A DNA stretch of 64,000 bases, taken from NCBI GenBank assembly GCA_000934665.2, contig KZ538140.1:1-64000 (forward strand), read 5' to 3'. A program made the translations under genes and the position numbers. The DNA comes from Catajapyx aquilonaris (lineage: Eukaryota). Of the stretch, positions 40,463 to 54,914 are shown in pieces (position 1 is the stretch's first letter; every line of letters starts with the position of its first letter). Under the pieces are notes generated by a model, which was given only the letters and a program-made list of their open reading frames with translations, was not told where the DNA came from and did not search any database.

Positions 40463-42419
40463 GACGACCCTCTCCGCACACTGCTGCCACTCTCAGTGTA
40501 CGGACAGCTAGTGGTACTATCCATCGTATAATAATAATAAAAATAAAAGTGTAAGTTCCACTTTTGGTGAAGCAGAGGGTGAAATCGGTGCGGGTTTGGA
40601 ATTAGCCGCGGCCAGGGCTAATCCGGACCGCCGCTCCGATTGTGCTTAACAGTGTGGACAACCAGGTTATTGAGCACGGGGGTTTGATGGATGGCTTGCC
40701 AATCAATTTGTATGGTCGTTCAACCCGGAGCGGTACCCGCCAGGGCTGCAGACTACTAGCAGCATATCAACATGTAATGCGATCCCTGGACGGCTCAGAA
40801 TTTGTTCAGGAAACATGGCGTCAAAAGGGCCTCGAATCAGGTGTGGACAGGAAGTGATGTCATAGCGCTGCCACGTCACAAATAGACCGCTAGTTATATG
40901 GGACATGTTGCGTCTAATTGGATGAAAGACTGCTTGGGATATAATTATGGAGATGTCGCTTCAGGCTTGGAAAGCTCATTTAGGTGGAGGTATGTGCCGG
41001 GTTAACTGGCCGTTAAGTGCTAACGGTAGTTTAACACAAAAATCCGAATGAGCAAAATAGGTTAATCTAACATTACCATCAACAATCTTTATTTAATAAC
41101 TTCGGAAATGTGCAGATTTACCCAGATCACTTAACTGAGCTTCATGTTAATGCTGGTTATGTGCAACTTTGAGAGCTAACAGAAAACGGGCTAAATTTAG
41201 GCACCAAAGTGGAGGCAAAAATATAATGCCTGAAAGCCTATTTACATAAGCGCACTGAGCACTAACTGACGTTAAATTCTCCGGGGGCAGATGTACGCAC
41301 GCACTGCACCTACCGCAGATTTAAGCATGAGCTCTGAGATAAACCTGGTTTTAAATTATGCCGTTTGTTTCTAGCCACCAGGGATTGGTTTTTTAAATCT
41401 GACCCTAGTGACCCCGGGCTATAGCAAGTGTGTGTTCTAATCCCTTTTTTGTATAATACTAAGCTGCTTTAGATCAAGTGTGATAAATATTAGCTGCGAA
41501 TATATTAGGTGGTATTCAAGGTGTTATTGAAATGATCTTAGTGGTTAGCTAAGCTGATTATATTAGTTGGAAATATTAGGCTGAATTGAAGCTCAACCTC
41601 TGACAGTCCGGTCAATCCTTCCTGATTCTGATTGGTCAAAAACGACCATAGTGCAGTCTTCTCACCGGAGACTTTTTCCTTGAACCGTAGCTTTTTAGGC
41701 CCCGTTCGGCCCCGTTTGTTGACAAAAGTGTGCGTCAGGCCTGGTCTCCCAGGCTTGCACTTGTAGTAGGCTTAGACTGGCCGTGTTTGCCCAAGTCCCC
41801 TCCCTCTCCCCCTCCTAGCATCCGTGCAAAACCCCGCAATCACCTCGCTTTACGGTGGTCCATCGCCGCTCCTAAAAGCTCACTTTGGGCTTGGAGGCCT
41901 CTACGCTGAGAACCCTTATCAGCTAATGTAGTCGGGATTGATGGGGCGGCTATGGCTCTCGCTTTGCCCTCATCCCCAGGCGTAAAGTTGGGGAGAGAGA
42001 GAGAGAGGTTTTTTTGGGGGCGAGGGGGGTCCTGGCCCTATATCATAGTTTCTATGGTTACCCCCTACAACCCCCGAAAATTTTTGGGGGTTTATATTGA
42101 TTGCACGGGACGGCATTCCCTAGTCATGCGAATTGCGGTTTTTGTGTGATCGTTCTTGTGATATCACCCCCCCACAATTTTTTTAAAAAAAGAGGGGGAG
42201 CAAGTGCACATTTTGAGTCTTATTTTCGTTCCTTTTGAACCAAGTTCTAGAGCGAGGAGGGATGGAGGAACTTGTTCAATTCGTGCACTTGAGATCAAAA
42301 GCTGGGAGGCATTCCTTTGTTCCGGAAAAGAGGGTTTCGGCTCGCTAGAGGAGCAGGGCTTAACCCCATGTCTTTCCCCCAGCTTGTGAAAGGGGGTGGG
42401 AAGCCACAGGAAAAAAAAC

Positions 42420-42442
42420 GAAGAAGAAGAAGAAGAAGAAGA
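42420..42442 (+). repeat. (GAA)n microsatellite
   Basis: Direct reading. Confidence 0.9.
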
Positions 42443-43017
42443 CTTTTGCTTGGCCCTTGGGTGATGGCAGCAGACCAAGGACGCTGCAACCCTTCCAGAA
42501 AAGACTACAAATTGGAGCCATATTCCAGCCTTTCCTTTTGTTTTGGTCTACGGGGCCTCTCTCTCTTTTTTTTCGAGGCTCTTCCCATCCATCGTGGTCC
42601 TTTGTTGTGACCTTTACGGGGACTTTGTTGGAGGAAGATTGCGTCTTTCTGGTGGGGGTTAAGTTCAAAAGTTCGTCTCCGTTGGAAGGTTTTTGTCTGT
42701 GATTTTTTTTGTCATTCGTGGGGATCCTTTGCACAAGTTTTAAGAATAGGTGTGTCCCCAGAGGACATTGGAAATGCCAACCTGTAATGAGGGGAGTACC
42801 AGTAAAGGTTTTTCCTCTTTCCATTTATCGATTGCGGCTGGTAAAAATGCCAATATGAAAGGAATTTTATCTGTGCACCTTTTTGGCAAGCCAGGTGAAA
42901 TAATGACGGATAATTAGTACTCGGTATATTTGCCTGAAACATTTTTAGACGACTTCTAAGCCGATATCTTCCATATGACTGATGTTCTATGTATATTAAT
43001 AGAACACTTGCAAATTA

Positions 43018-43236
43018 CAGGGTGTTCCTAGTGTGTGAGTCGTTTTTAAATAACTGATATCTCCCGAAGCAGTTATTTTGTGTGATCCAGGTTCCCCGTT
43101 ACTACCAGGGGGTCTAATACAGCAGTTGCTATATCGTAGAATGGGGCACCTGGTTAGGGCAAAACAAGCTACAAAAAATAACAGCTATTGGACGATATAG
43201 TTATAAAAAACGACCCACGAATTTGGAACATCCCTG
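43018..43236. mobile_element. Tc1/mariner-type MITE (219 bp) with TA target-site duplication
   Basis: TA|CAGGGTGTTCCTAGTGTGTGAGTCGTTTTTAAATAACTGATATC... and ...GATATAGTTATAAAAAACGACCCACGAATTTGGAACATCCCTG|TA form ~60-bp imperfect TIRs, flanked by TA at 43016-43017 and 43237-43238. Confidence 0.85.
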
Positions 43237-46200
43237 TATATTGTTAGATTTTTAGCAGTTATGTTAGTGCTTCATTTGCTTATGAAAAAATTAATTCAGG
43301 CATATCTGCGTAAAATGTAAATTGTTGCAATATGCCGTGTCAACTCATAGTACAGTCAGGTAATAACGCACGTTCCATGTCCAATCAAACGAGTGCAAAA
43401 ACCTAGTGTAGTATCCAGTTAGTACCCTGTTTGTCCCAATTATTTTTCTGCTCTCCAAAATTTGGCATTTTCCGACAACGTTTGACCCCAACGCGGTCCT
43501 GCATGGTCACGGGTAATGAGCATTTTCTCGTACAATAACGCACACTGATGGCAGGGTTTGATTATAATTGAGCTTGAAATCATATGGCGGTGCTTGGTAG
43601 CGCCAACTGGCTCCCGGTGATTCGTGCAGAAATGAAATTTAGGCCGGTTGTGAATGGAAGCCGGGAGAGCTCAATTTATGTAGTATGGATCAGGAGGATG
43701 ATTGATTGCAAATGCAGATGGCCCCAGCAGGTGTAGTATTCTCATGCAGGATTCAATTACTTGTGACGTGGATTTGGTGCTGCCTTCGAGCTAAATCCAT
43801 TTCCTTTTCCTTCCCATTCTTTTTCTCGGCCTGTACTATATACAGTTGGTATATATCCGATTCTCTGCTGGGGGTTGGTCCAGTGGGGGGTTTCTATATC
43901 ATCAGACAACCTGGACAGGAGGACACGACTAGTCCGGGGGGGAAAAAAAGAAGAATTTTCTTCTCCATGAATACAAGTCGAAATCTTGGGACATCTCGAA
44001 GATAAGATTGGCTTGGGTAATCTCGACAAGTCCATCCGGAATCCTCCAGCGATTAGGTGCTCGGAAGGCCCATCAATAACAGGAACATGAAATGACATCC
44101 CGAATAAAACTGTCCTGCTCCGTGAAGCGAGTCAAGCGCTGTCGGTTTCCTCCTTTTCTTTCTCGTTTCTTTTTTTTTGCTTTTTTTTCGTCTTCTAGTC
44201 CTCACTACAGTTGTCCCGGCGTCGGAAACACGTTTTCTTTTCGATATAAATCGTCTCCTCCTCTCCCGAAAAAGTCCCCACTGACATAACGGCACAAGTG
44301 TTGCTTCCAAGGATATGTTCACGTCAGATATTGCGACCAATTGAGATCGGACGTCCAGGTTAAGAATTCACTCTCAACACAACCGAAACTGGACACTCCA
44401 ACCAAACTTCGTATGTGTCGGTGCAATTTCGCACCAATTTGGTTCAGGTGATCAGAAGAAGAGAAAAAATTGTGTCGTGTGAGGAAGCAGAGAGATGTAG
44501 TTTGTGGTGGGTGAGAGAAGAAATCAATGAATTGGGAATCGATTGGATGGGAGGGAAGACCATACCTTAGAGAGAGAAGACGGAAACGAGTCTGTTCCCA
44601 GGTGGATAGTGTCGGAAATAAGATAGCAAAGTAGGAGTTGGGGATGTGCGACAGTTTGCAAGGAGGTCAAATGTCTCTGGTGGGACGGATCAGAAATGAA
44701 AGAAACGTCACTGTTGGTCTCGGGTGAGTCTGGCTACAAATTGCAGGGTTCGCTGTAATGTTCGTTGCCTCAGTGACAACGTTGGAAGTCCTTAATGTGC
44801 TAATGTTACCGCAAATTAAAGCACAGTAGGAAACCGATATTTCAATGAAAGAGGTGGCAACGCAATTTGGCTCCAAAAATGCCCGTCAGACCAGAGGCGC
44901 TTCAGAACAGTTTCAAAGGTAAAATCAGCGATGGCCAGAACGTTAGAACCTGTTAGAACCTTCCACCTGCAGCGTAGCCTTCAAAAGGCTGGCTGAAAAG
45001 GAAGCCTTTCATTTTACAGTAGGCCTGGATTGAATGCTGTACATGTCAGCATGCTTGTCATAGGAATCTCTCTCCACTATAGCCTGTCTACTGTACAGGT
45101 CAGGGTGGTCCACTGCTCAAATTTCAAGTTTAACTAGAGCTATACTAGTGGAATTAATAGAGGCTACCATACCACCCTGTAATGCTGTACTGTACATCCA
45201 GCGTATGAATACACAGTACGATGTAATTTAACCACCCTGAAAGACGACCTGTGCCCATTGCATAGTGCACATAAATTACGCTACACTATTTTTGCACCCT
45301 TAAAAAATCCGGAACCGTGTTAGATGAGCATGCATCATAATCAAGACGGAAAATCCGGCGGTTGGTAGCATCCGGGGCTAATCCCATCCCACCTCCCCCG
45401 GATATTAATTAACATTAAATATGGCGGCGTCTGCCTGTGGGTTGTGTTTCTCGGCGGGTCTTGATGCGATTATTGGGCCAACCCCCCACAACGCTGTGGC
45501 TACGGGGGCGATAAATATCAATGCAGGTCGGCCTTCCAAATCCGGGCCGTCCTTCCGTGACGGTTTCGGTGGCCAGATTGCATGCCTGGACCTCATCTGT
45601 AACTCGCCTCTTATTGATTTCAATGGCTGCTGCAGGGTAGGGGGGGGGGGGTAACAACAGTGGAAAAAAAAGTGCGGGGGCTATACTTTTATCGCGGTGT
45701 GCAGTGTATTGGGGGTGTTTGGCCCCCGGTTTTTATTTATGGACTGCTTAACCTGGGGGTTCCCAATACCCTTTTCTTATTCTGGACGATGCCGTAATTC
45801 ATACCGCAGGTAAGAGAAGATAGTGGTAGTGACCCGAATGCGTTCAGATAGGGATGGATCCATGGAAACATTTTACTACTTTGTATGACACTATACGATG
45901 TGCGTATGGTAAATCTTATAAGTTATGTATGTACTGTCCTGCACAGGTGCCTCCCTACTCTCTATGCATACGTTGTAGGCTATTACATAAACAGAGTGTC
46001 AAATGTAAGCGGCTCCTAGACTAAATGGTGGCAGTCGACTGGTGGAATTCCGGGTTATTGGTATGCCCTCTGGGCGAGTTCTAAATGTAACATCGCGGAT
46101 GACTGCGTGAGAGACATCGGACAGATCAATAAGGGCTAACCGAAAGTGTGCACTGTACTACCCGACCGGTTACATTGTCATCGTATATAATTCCTTCTGA

Positions 46201-46505
46201 CTGTCAAACCTCGTTTATATTCATTACCCCAGCCATATTTTTGTCGGGTGTAAAGCAAACACTGGAGGTTACAGTGCGAAACTACACTGCGATAGTCAAA
46301 GGGCACGGTATACTGTACTTCGAATTTATTGTCAATATTCGTTACCATACATTTGCCCCTAGTAGCTGATACTGTAAAAATGACTAGGATGACCCAAAAT
46401 GTTGCTTAATGTTAGGTTGAATTGAACTCGTCATTTGAGGCAGATCTTTGAAGTTAATTTGTTAATTTTTCACATTAACCCAGATATTCCTAGCGTCATA
46501 ATATA

Positions 46506-46560
46506 CAGTGAAACCTTTATCTATAGATCCCGCGTTTATCGTTTTCCCGTATCCATCGTG
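46506..46560 (+). mobile_element. pogo/Tigger-like 5' TIR remnant
   Basis: TA|CAGTGAAACCTTTATCTATAGATCCCGCGTTTATCGTTTTCCCGTATCCATCGT: CAGTGAAACCT terminus with TATCG subrepeats. No partner TIR found. Confidence 0.55.
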
Positions 46561-49500
46561 TACAGGACACTTGCATGGTTAGATTTTAAGTAATTGAGTT
46601 TTGTTCACAATAGAAACATATTTAAAAAAATGAAACAAAAATTTCAGGCATATCTGGACGCAGGTATAGGCTATACTGTAATACCTGAAATATTCGTTTG
46701 TAATGTTAGGCTGTTAGTTAGTTACCTGAATTGTAACTTACTCCATGCTTACTGTACGTGTCTTATGAGGAATATGAAACAAGTTAGTAAGCCCTTTAGG
46801 AACTGGAACATCAAGAAACATCGTATAACCTAAACACCCCTTTTAAATTCATGTCACGCCTAGTTAGACAGATCATTTAAACTAGACATCATCTCCGAAT
46901 TGGTCTTCCTGTGTGTAACTGTGCATAAGCATATTTCGAGTCCTGCCATCGCCCGTTTTCCCATGCCATAGCATCCGTACCTGATTAGCCCGCTCTGCTG
47001 GGTGCGCTCCAAAGCAAACATCGCTGACATGCTACCTTGAACAACGCAGTTTACTTGAACGCATCCAAAGCAGAAACCCCCCCCGCGCCTTAATATGAAC
47101 CCCAAACTAGAAGGCAAAAAGTAGGGGCAAGGCAAGGAAAAGCATTTTGAGAAGTATAGCTCCGTGCTGCAAAGATTTAATTAGACGAGAGAGAGAGGCT
47201 TGGTTGGTGGGGGTGGATGGAAAGGGGTCCATTGGCATTCATCCGAGGGAGCCTCCCAAGGAGCACTCGGTGCAACGCCCCAATTATGCCGCCCAAGTCC
47301 CTCTACGCACTTGAGCCCTCGCTTCTTGCCCCACCAGACCCTTAATACAGATGGAATTAGTTGGTCGCGTGTGTATGTGTCGTCCCAGGATTCATTATGC
47401 TGCTCCGTGTCCGAGAGATGAGGGAGGGACATTTTGTACCAGGGGCAAGGCACAGGAATTGGAAGTTCATGGTGACCTGTCTGACTATTCCCACGCAAGC
47501 ACAAGGGGCGAGAGTAATTAAGGAAAAAGAGGTGATTAGAGAGAAGTGATGTTTCAGGAAGGTTGCGGCCCTGAATATTCTTCTGGGCCTCTGGGAATTA
47601 GCATGACTAATTAGAAAATGGTACAGGGTCTGAAGGGATTTGTGACCCTGATTAGGATTATTATTGTAGGTGAGCCTTTTGCTCTTAGGTATTGATTCGC
47701 TTTTCGATGATTCCAACACGGGTAAGGGGATAGGAAGTACTGAAGTGCGTATTTACGGCAGCAGATGGCACGGCGTACACACTTGCTGAGTTGGCGGCGT
47801 CCATTGTTGGTTAAATGAGACGCCCTGCAATTTTTGGTGGATTCTTTTGTGTGTGTGGAGGGTGTAGGAATATATATAGGGTGGGGAAAAAGCTAAGTGG
47901 ATGAAATCCCGGCGGGTCATTTCCCTTCGTTGTGCATTCTCCTCTCGGGCAGACAGGCGCAGGATACAATGTAAGGCAGAGGGAGGGAAGAATGGCAGCC
48001 AAGTCTGAGAAGACACAAAGGGAGGACCTTCCCACAAAATAACGGTGTAATTCTGCAAACTGGGTAGAGGGGGGGATGGCGGTTGAAGAAGGTGGGGGGG
48101 GGGGAGTACTTGTGACCCGAGCTTAATTGAAATGCTCCAGACTCCCTTTCACCGTTCACTACTATCATGCATATTAATGAAAGGCGGGCGCGGAATTTTC
48201 CTCGGCTGCCTCCCAGACGCCCCGACAAAGGCACATAATTTTACTATTCTTCTGAAAAGTAGTCGAAGAATTGCCGGCAGGGCTTTTCTCTTACCCTATT
48301 CCCTCGTCTCTTTTCTGCTCACCTCCACTCTTTTTTTTTCTCTCTCTCTCTTCTTTCCTTCCTTCTTCTTCTTCCTTCTTCGACGAGGTAGTCCGGAGAC
48401 TTTTATCCGGGTTTGAAAGGATCTGTCGGTGGGGAAGATTGCAGGTGGAATAGGATAATGGAAGGGAGAGGCAATTTGGGAATGGATGTAAGAGTACCGT
48501 ATATTATGTGCGGATGTAACAATGCAGGCTGGGGGGAAAGGACCTGATTCATCAATATTTTTTCAATCTGGCTCTAAAAACATGATTGCATCGATAATAA
48601 TTAGGTGCTTGAGTGCAAACATGCCTAGAGCTAACATTGCTTCTAATTTTGTGTGGGGAGGATGAGCAGAAACTTCTTGTTTTTTTCCATGATTTATACG
48701 CAAAATTAACGCGCACTACAAATGTGACGGGAAGGTATTTTAATTATTGCATTTGAATCAGGAACGAAATTAATTGTAATTAGGTGACACTGTGGATAGA
48801 ATTTACATGTAATTATTCTGCAGATTAAGTAGGCCTAGTAGAGTGGTAAGAGTGGGCCGTTTGATTGAATATTACCTGTATTTTCCAAACGGCGTTTTAT
48901 GCCCATTTTCCTGCACTTTTGTTCAGTTACGTATGAAGGGGGGGTGAAATTTTTTGTTTACATAAATGTAAATTTTAATGTGAAATTACATTTAAAGCGT
49001 CAAAATACTACCCCTGGCAATGTGGTGTTGATCTCTCTACGTGTACAGTAGAGTAATAAAATGCCCATCACGTACATGATATATGTAAAAATATGATTAT
49101 CCTGTTACATTGCATATTTATGTGCTTGTAATTAGAGTGCTGTAATTTAGAGTCGGGTGCACTACCGGAATGGTAAAAAAGGGCAAAAAGTTACATAGAA
49201 TTTAATAATGTACACACTTTTATTGTGGTGCTTGTTAAAAAAAACTCCCTCGTGTTTGATGCGACAACATCGGATTAAATTTTTTGTATAACTTTCTGCA
49301 TACGTAAGTAATTAAATACACATGCGAAATAAACAGCCAAACACGTAAAATATATAGAGCGTCGTTTGTAACTGCACACCAGGCAGTAGTGCGGGAGGTA
49401 AATCAGCGTTTAATGCACCCAAGTCGCACATCGCATAATGAATGTCTGGAGATAGTGTGACAAATACATGTTGGTAACACGACGAGCCGTAGATTGGGCT

Positions 49501-52500
49501 CAAATGGGAATTAGAGCAGGGTGTTTGCCTTCAGGCCTCCTCTGACGGCGTACAAAGTATCATTAAGTGCGCGTGGAAACTGCAAAATCTAGCAGCTCTA
49601 GCTCGACAGTTCCACCAACAATGATGCTGCACTTGGGAAATATAGGGCCTATAGGTTGTAAATTGTGCTAATTAGCAATGCAATTTATTTCAATATCGAA
49701 AGTGCTGCTACTTCACACCAGTAGATAATAAAGCGCTATTTGTTCCAGCAGGAGCGATATAATCGCCGCTACTTTTGGCACCAGCTCTCCTTTGATTACG
49801 CCCCACTGCATTGTTAAAAACCGCCAATGATAACTCTGGGGCGCCCTCTCCCTTTTCTTGTTGGGAGTCAAACCGGCGTGAAATTGTTCCTAAAACGCCT
49901 AGTCGCCATAGACAGAATCTGGCGGGTGCAACAGGTCATGGATGCTGTAGGAAAAGACGCCTGTCGAATACCCAATCAGCGGACCAAGCGGGTCTTGTCT
50001 GCTGGGAGCAGCTTTGGAAAAAAAGGGGGCGGGCGGGGAGGGAAGCGGGGAGGAGGAGGAGGCCAGACAAACTGCAATTTGGGACGTTTGGCAGTAATGG
50101 CAGAAACCTCCCCATTCCAAATCAATTGCACTGGGGAAGGGAGGGGCGACCTTTTGTGCCGCGGAATACAATCTGGTCTTTGCCAAACCTGGAAAAAAAC
50201 CCAGTGTGTGTTACATAGGCTTGTGATATAACTGGACTGGGCGGGAAGAATCAATACGTTTAAACAAAAGGTTGGAAACTACTTTTATGGGGAATAGCCT
50301 AATGTCAATTTCTGAACATTTTTTTTTTGAAGTGTTCGTTCGACTTTTGGGTGAGATTCACGTCTGAAGTATAGGGCCACCCACATTGGAAAGTCAGAAA
50401 AAAAAGGAAGTGGGTGGAGGGTTGGAGAAGAAAGAAGCAGCTTCTATTCCCCAGGAGAATAATCAGATTCTAGAAAAGGAAAATGTGCTACGTTCCACCG
50501 ATCATATTCTCCTCCCGGACTAGGCATATTCAATTCCCCCATTGTCGGGGACCTAAGCAGATTTTCTTGCCATCTTTTTTTTTTCTTTTCCTTTTCCTCC
50601 CCACTTTTTTTTATATGAAAAGGCATACTAGAGAGGCTGCCATCTGTAGATAAGTAATAAGTCGCAGTGTGGAGTCGCGAAAATGAGGGGAGCAAATTCA
50701 GCGTGTAATCGATGCTGTACAGACCTAATTAGCCTGGATTCCGGTTAAGTGAAGACATCACAGAGAAAGGTCTGCCTAAGGCCTAGACGAATGCCGAGCG
50801 GTTTTGAGCCCCACAAAAAACGAGCGACATAATGAATCATTTTAGAGAGAATCGCGTGGCTATTAGTCAAGACCAATTTGACAAGCCAGTTTGGTGAATG
50901 CAAAATCCTCTCTTCTCATTACTTGTACTTCTTTCCAAGTAATTCATAGGCCATTAACCCGCGTAATGATTCTTAAAAGCGTCGATATTGAGCCTAATTC
51001 GGCAGACCTTAATGACTCAATCAACAGTGCCGGTTGTGAAATTATGGCATTCAATGTTAATGTCCAATCATGATCTGTCAAAAAATGTTCCGCACCGAAA
51101 TTACCGACTTTTTTTTTGCAAGAAATGCTGAGGCTGTATAAGAAAGGGTGGATTCCAACTTTTCTCTCTTCTTTTTTTTAGGGATTGGAAGGAAAAAGTA
51201 TTGGAAGGAGGGAAAGTGTTCGATACCCATTAGGCGTGGCGGAGAAGCGGCGTTTGAGCCTTGCCGACTTGCATTATTGAAACCGCAATAATTCGGATCT
51301 AGGAAGGAGAGCTTGAAATGTGGGACGCTTGAATTATTTGGATCCTCTCCCACCACCACCAAATTCCCCCTTCCTCCTTTCCTCCCACTCCTTTTCCAGC
51401 AGCATACCCCTGCTGCCTTGCCATACAAGCACAGATGCGCCCAAGTTCTCTGCTGGAAGGTGACTTGGGTGGGTGGGGAGGGGTTTACTAAGCGATTGCG
51501 CCTCTCACCCATAAATTCAAAAGGCCTCGCTTCCACTTTGCCTTATGGACTACTGGCTTTTCTTATCTGCAGCGAGGTTGCCAGGCATTCGACTCTATAG
51601 GAAATCACGTCCATATATACAGTATTGCGGTATTTTGGAAAGGCGATATTGCTCAGCTTCAGCAGTGTGTACAGAGAGCGTACAATTCTGTAAACCCATA
51701 TTTCTGTCATATAGTCCATGCAAAAAAAAAATTGCACAATTTGCCAGACATTTTCTGGCCAACTGCAAGGGATGAGAAAAGAACGGTGGAAGTCCTGGAT
51801 TTATAAAAGTCAAAGGTTTTCTCTCTCCCACCGGTTATAAGGGGAGGGGGGAGATCGTTTCGAAATATCTGGTACATTTACTTTCAGGCCACGGGGTAAA
51901 TTATCCGTGAAACTACGGCAGCAGGAAGTGGCCTGGACCCTAGCACTAAGGTTAAACGACCCCGCGCAACTTGTGCTTTCATGTCGTCGCGGGTGGATAT
52001 CATCATCATCATTATCATCACCCCTAAAAGACATGAGTAATGCTCACAATATCAGTACGAGGGAACTGCCTCGTTTCGCAACCATTGCTATGCCGGAGCC
52101 ATACAACCATCTTCCGAATAAAAGTTGCAGTATGGTGTTGTAGGGTGAGTCATAACTTCCAGAGTATTTGCTCAACCGCGGGTATGGTACTGTAACGGAA
52201 ACGGAAGCTCAATAGAAAGGCAGTGTAATCTGTGATGTCACATGTTAAATATGATGCCTGTTAAATAAATGTATTGGCAATCTTAATTCGCGATCCTTTT
52301 CGGCTGCGCCATTGTATAGTGTTTAGGTGTCGTCTACGTATTTTCCATTCGGTTTTCTGGATGTCTCAGCCCTACATGTTAGACCTGTTTTAGCCAGATC
52401 GTACTACCGGTTCTGACTCATCCTGTAGAATGTACAGTATATATAACGCTCTGATCCGATGAGCGATGAGGCGGAAGAGACGGCAGAAAACAGGGGTGCT

Positions 52501-54897
52501 GGTGTGGGCGTCGTGATGAATGCCCGCCGAAGCCATAAGCGACACTATCTCTCGCGTCCGTGTCACATCATCAATCAAGCAATGATTATACAGCATTTTC
52601 CCGATTCCAGACCCGGGCTAAGGGAAGGAAAGCGGGGGGAGGGGGAGGGGGGTTGAGAGAGGGGGGTTTGGGAGCATCCGAATCGGTGGGATCGATGGCC
52701 AAGTTACTTTGGGAGAGGGTAATGGATGAGAAAAGGGGAGACCATCTCCCCTTGTACCAGGCCAATTGGCTTCTTAATTATTTCTTTTGGCTTTCATCCC
52801 GACAGTTTTTGGCTGGGAATTGGCACTAGCCGAGAAAGTCGTGCGCGATTGTGTGGGAATTGCCCGCTCAACTTTTCTTGGCAGAACTATTGTTAGCTTA
52901 TAAACGTCAGCTCATACTTTTATGGGGGAAATGCGGTTCCGGGGGCGAGGGGGGGAGGATTTTGTTTTTTAACAAAATGTTGGGTTCACATATCGACGAG
53001 ATTCGAGCAGAGTTTGTTATTAAATGAACAGGTTCCTTTAATAAGTAAAACTTGTAATACTTTTGGAAGTATGAGATTCGCAAAATTATTTAAATGGATA
53101 GCCCTACTGTATACCCTTAGGTTAGGGACTAACTAGCGATCATTCATATTTGACTGACTTTGAGATATGAATGTTTGAAGTTTCATGATTGCAATATCCT
53201 TTATGAGAACATTTTTATGCAAATATCTCTATGCGGGAACTGTAATATCTCTATCATAAAACTGACCTAACCATCCGAAAGTACCCTTCGAGGACTACAT
53301 TAAGCAGCCTGTAACTCAATTTTGACTAAAATGTGACATTGATCCTTCTGCATTTCAGATCTGAAACTGCTTGAAAATAAGACCATTGTAAACTTCCTGA
53401 GAATCCAGCATTGTGTTGCAGACACTTATTATTTCTTCGCTCCCTTTCAGCAGATTATAGTACGAGTAATATTGATTCACCTCTTGCAAGGCTGTATAAG
53501 GATTTCTGACAAAGGCAAATTAGCCTTCTGTGTCATACAGCATGAAAGGGGGCGTGTTATCTTCGACTACCTATTAGCCTACATCATAACTATTTATAGC
53601 TTGAAGACAGCAAAGGGCATTGCCCTAATTATTTCAAATTGACAAAGCACGTAAGAAATGACGTGCATACTATTATTGTCCCATCCTTACTAATCTATTC
53701 CCCATTTCCTTTCAACTTCCACGTGCCATACCAACGAATCGGGGCACCATTTGTAATATTAAATATCCTTCGAGGCTTCTGATTGGCACCTGTTCTGCGC
53801 CTGCGCAATGGGGAGGCAGCGTCTCTAGTGGGTGGAAGGAGGAACTAGTATGTAGGACTGCATTGGGTATAGAGTAGGTCTATAAAAATATTTTTTTTCT
53901 CACAACAATCGGAGGCTACAGCTTGCATGCGTGAAGGGAAACGACGAAGGAAGGTAGCTTGGCTGCATGGGAAGATATTTTATCTCTGCAGCCTTACACT
54001 TCCCTCCCCTCCTTCCCCCTCCTCCCCGCTCTTCTACCCGCAACGTTTCCTGCCAGTTTTTCCAGACGGGCAACATCCCTTTGATCTCCATTCTTGTCGG
54101 CCATTATTCCCCGCTCTTCCTGTCTGGCCGTGCATCCCCCTGGAAAAGATTCGCAGTCTTGTGTATTTTGCCGGGATGGGAAGACGGCTTTTGGGAGTTA
54201 GACCACACCCTTCCCTCCTCCCTCCTTCCCTCCCTTCCGCCCCCCTGCATCGCGGATTACAAGGCGGATCCGCTCTTGGATTTGGCATTGATGGATTCCA
54301 GTGGGCTTGGCGCTTTTCTGGTTCTCCCTATAGGACTTCTTCATAGACTCCTAGTAATTGCTCACTGAGGCTAAGAGAGACACACTGCTCGGTTTCGGAG
54401 CCACTATTCGCAATGAGGACGCAGACCACATCGTTGCGAATAGTGTCTTCCTATACCCATAGACTGTGGTCAGCATCAGGTTCACTATTGAAAAGGAAGA
54501 GTTATGCCTGATTACTACAGAGTGGTCTAAAATTGCAATGGGCAGGGAATGACGCGTGGGCATGTTTTTCAGCTTTTATGGTCCCCTATTCCCCCCAAAA
54601 AACTAGTAAAATACACTCCCTGTGAATGTACAGTGCCATTACCACAAACTCGCTGACCATAATATTACTATTATCTGAGTACAGATATGGCAAAATGGAA
54701 ACAAAATATTCCCACATCCATAGGTCCTGTCCGATTTTGAATAGGGTCAATATCCAGTCGCCCATCTATTATCGGGTCGCAACAGATAGCAGAAACTGAA
54801 GGCAGCACACTTGGCTCACTGAATGCAATCCCGGATCACATTATCTTGATGTGTTATCGGCACGGCTTGACAATTTCACAATGAGTGGGTGGTGGGG

Positions 54898-54914
54898 NNN
54901 NNNNNNNNNNNNNN
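54898..54914. other. Assembly gap (17 N) inside poly-G
   Basis: N run in the sequence. Confidence 0.99.
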
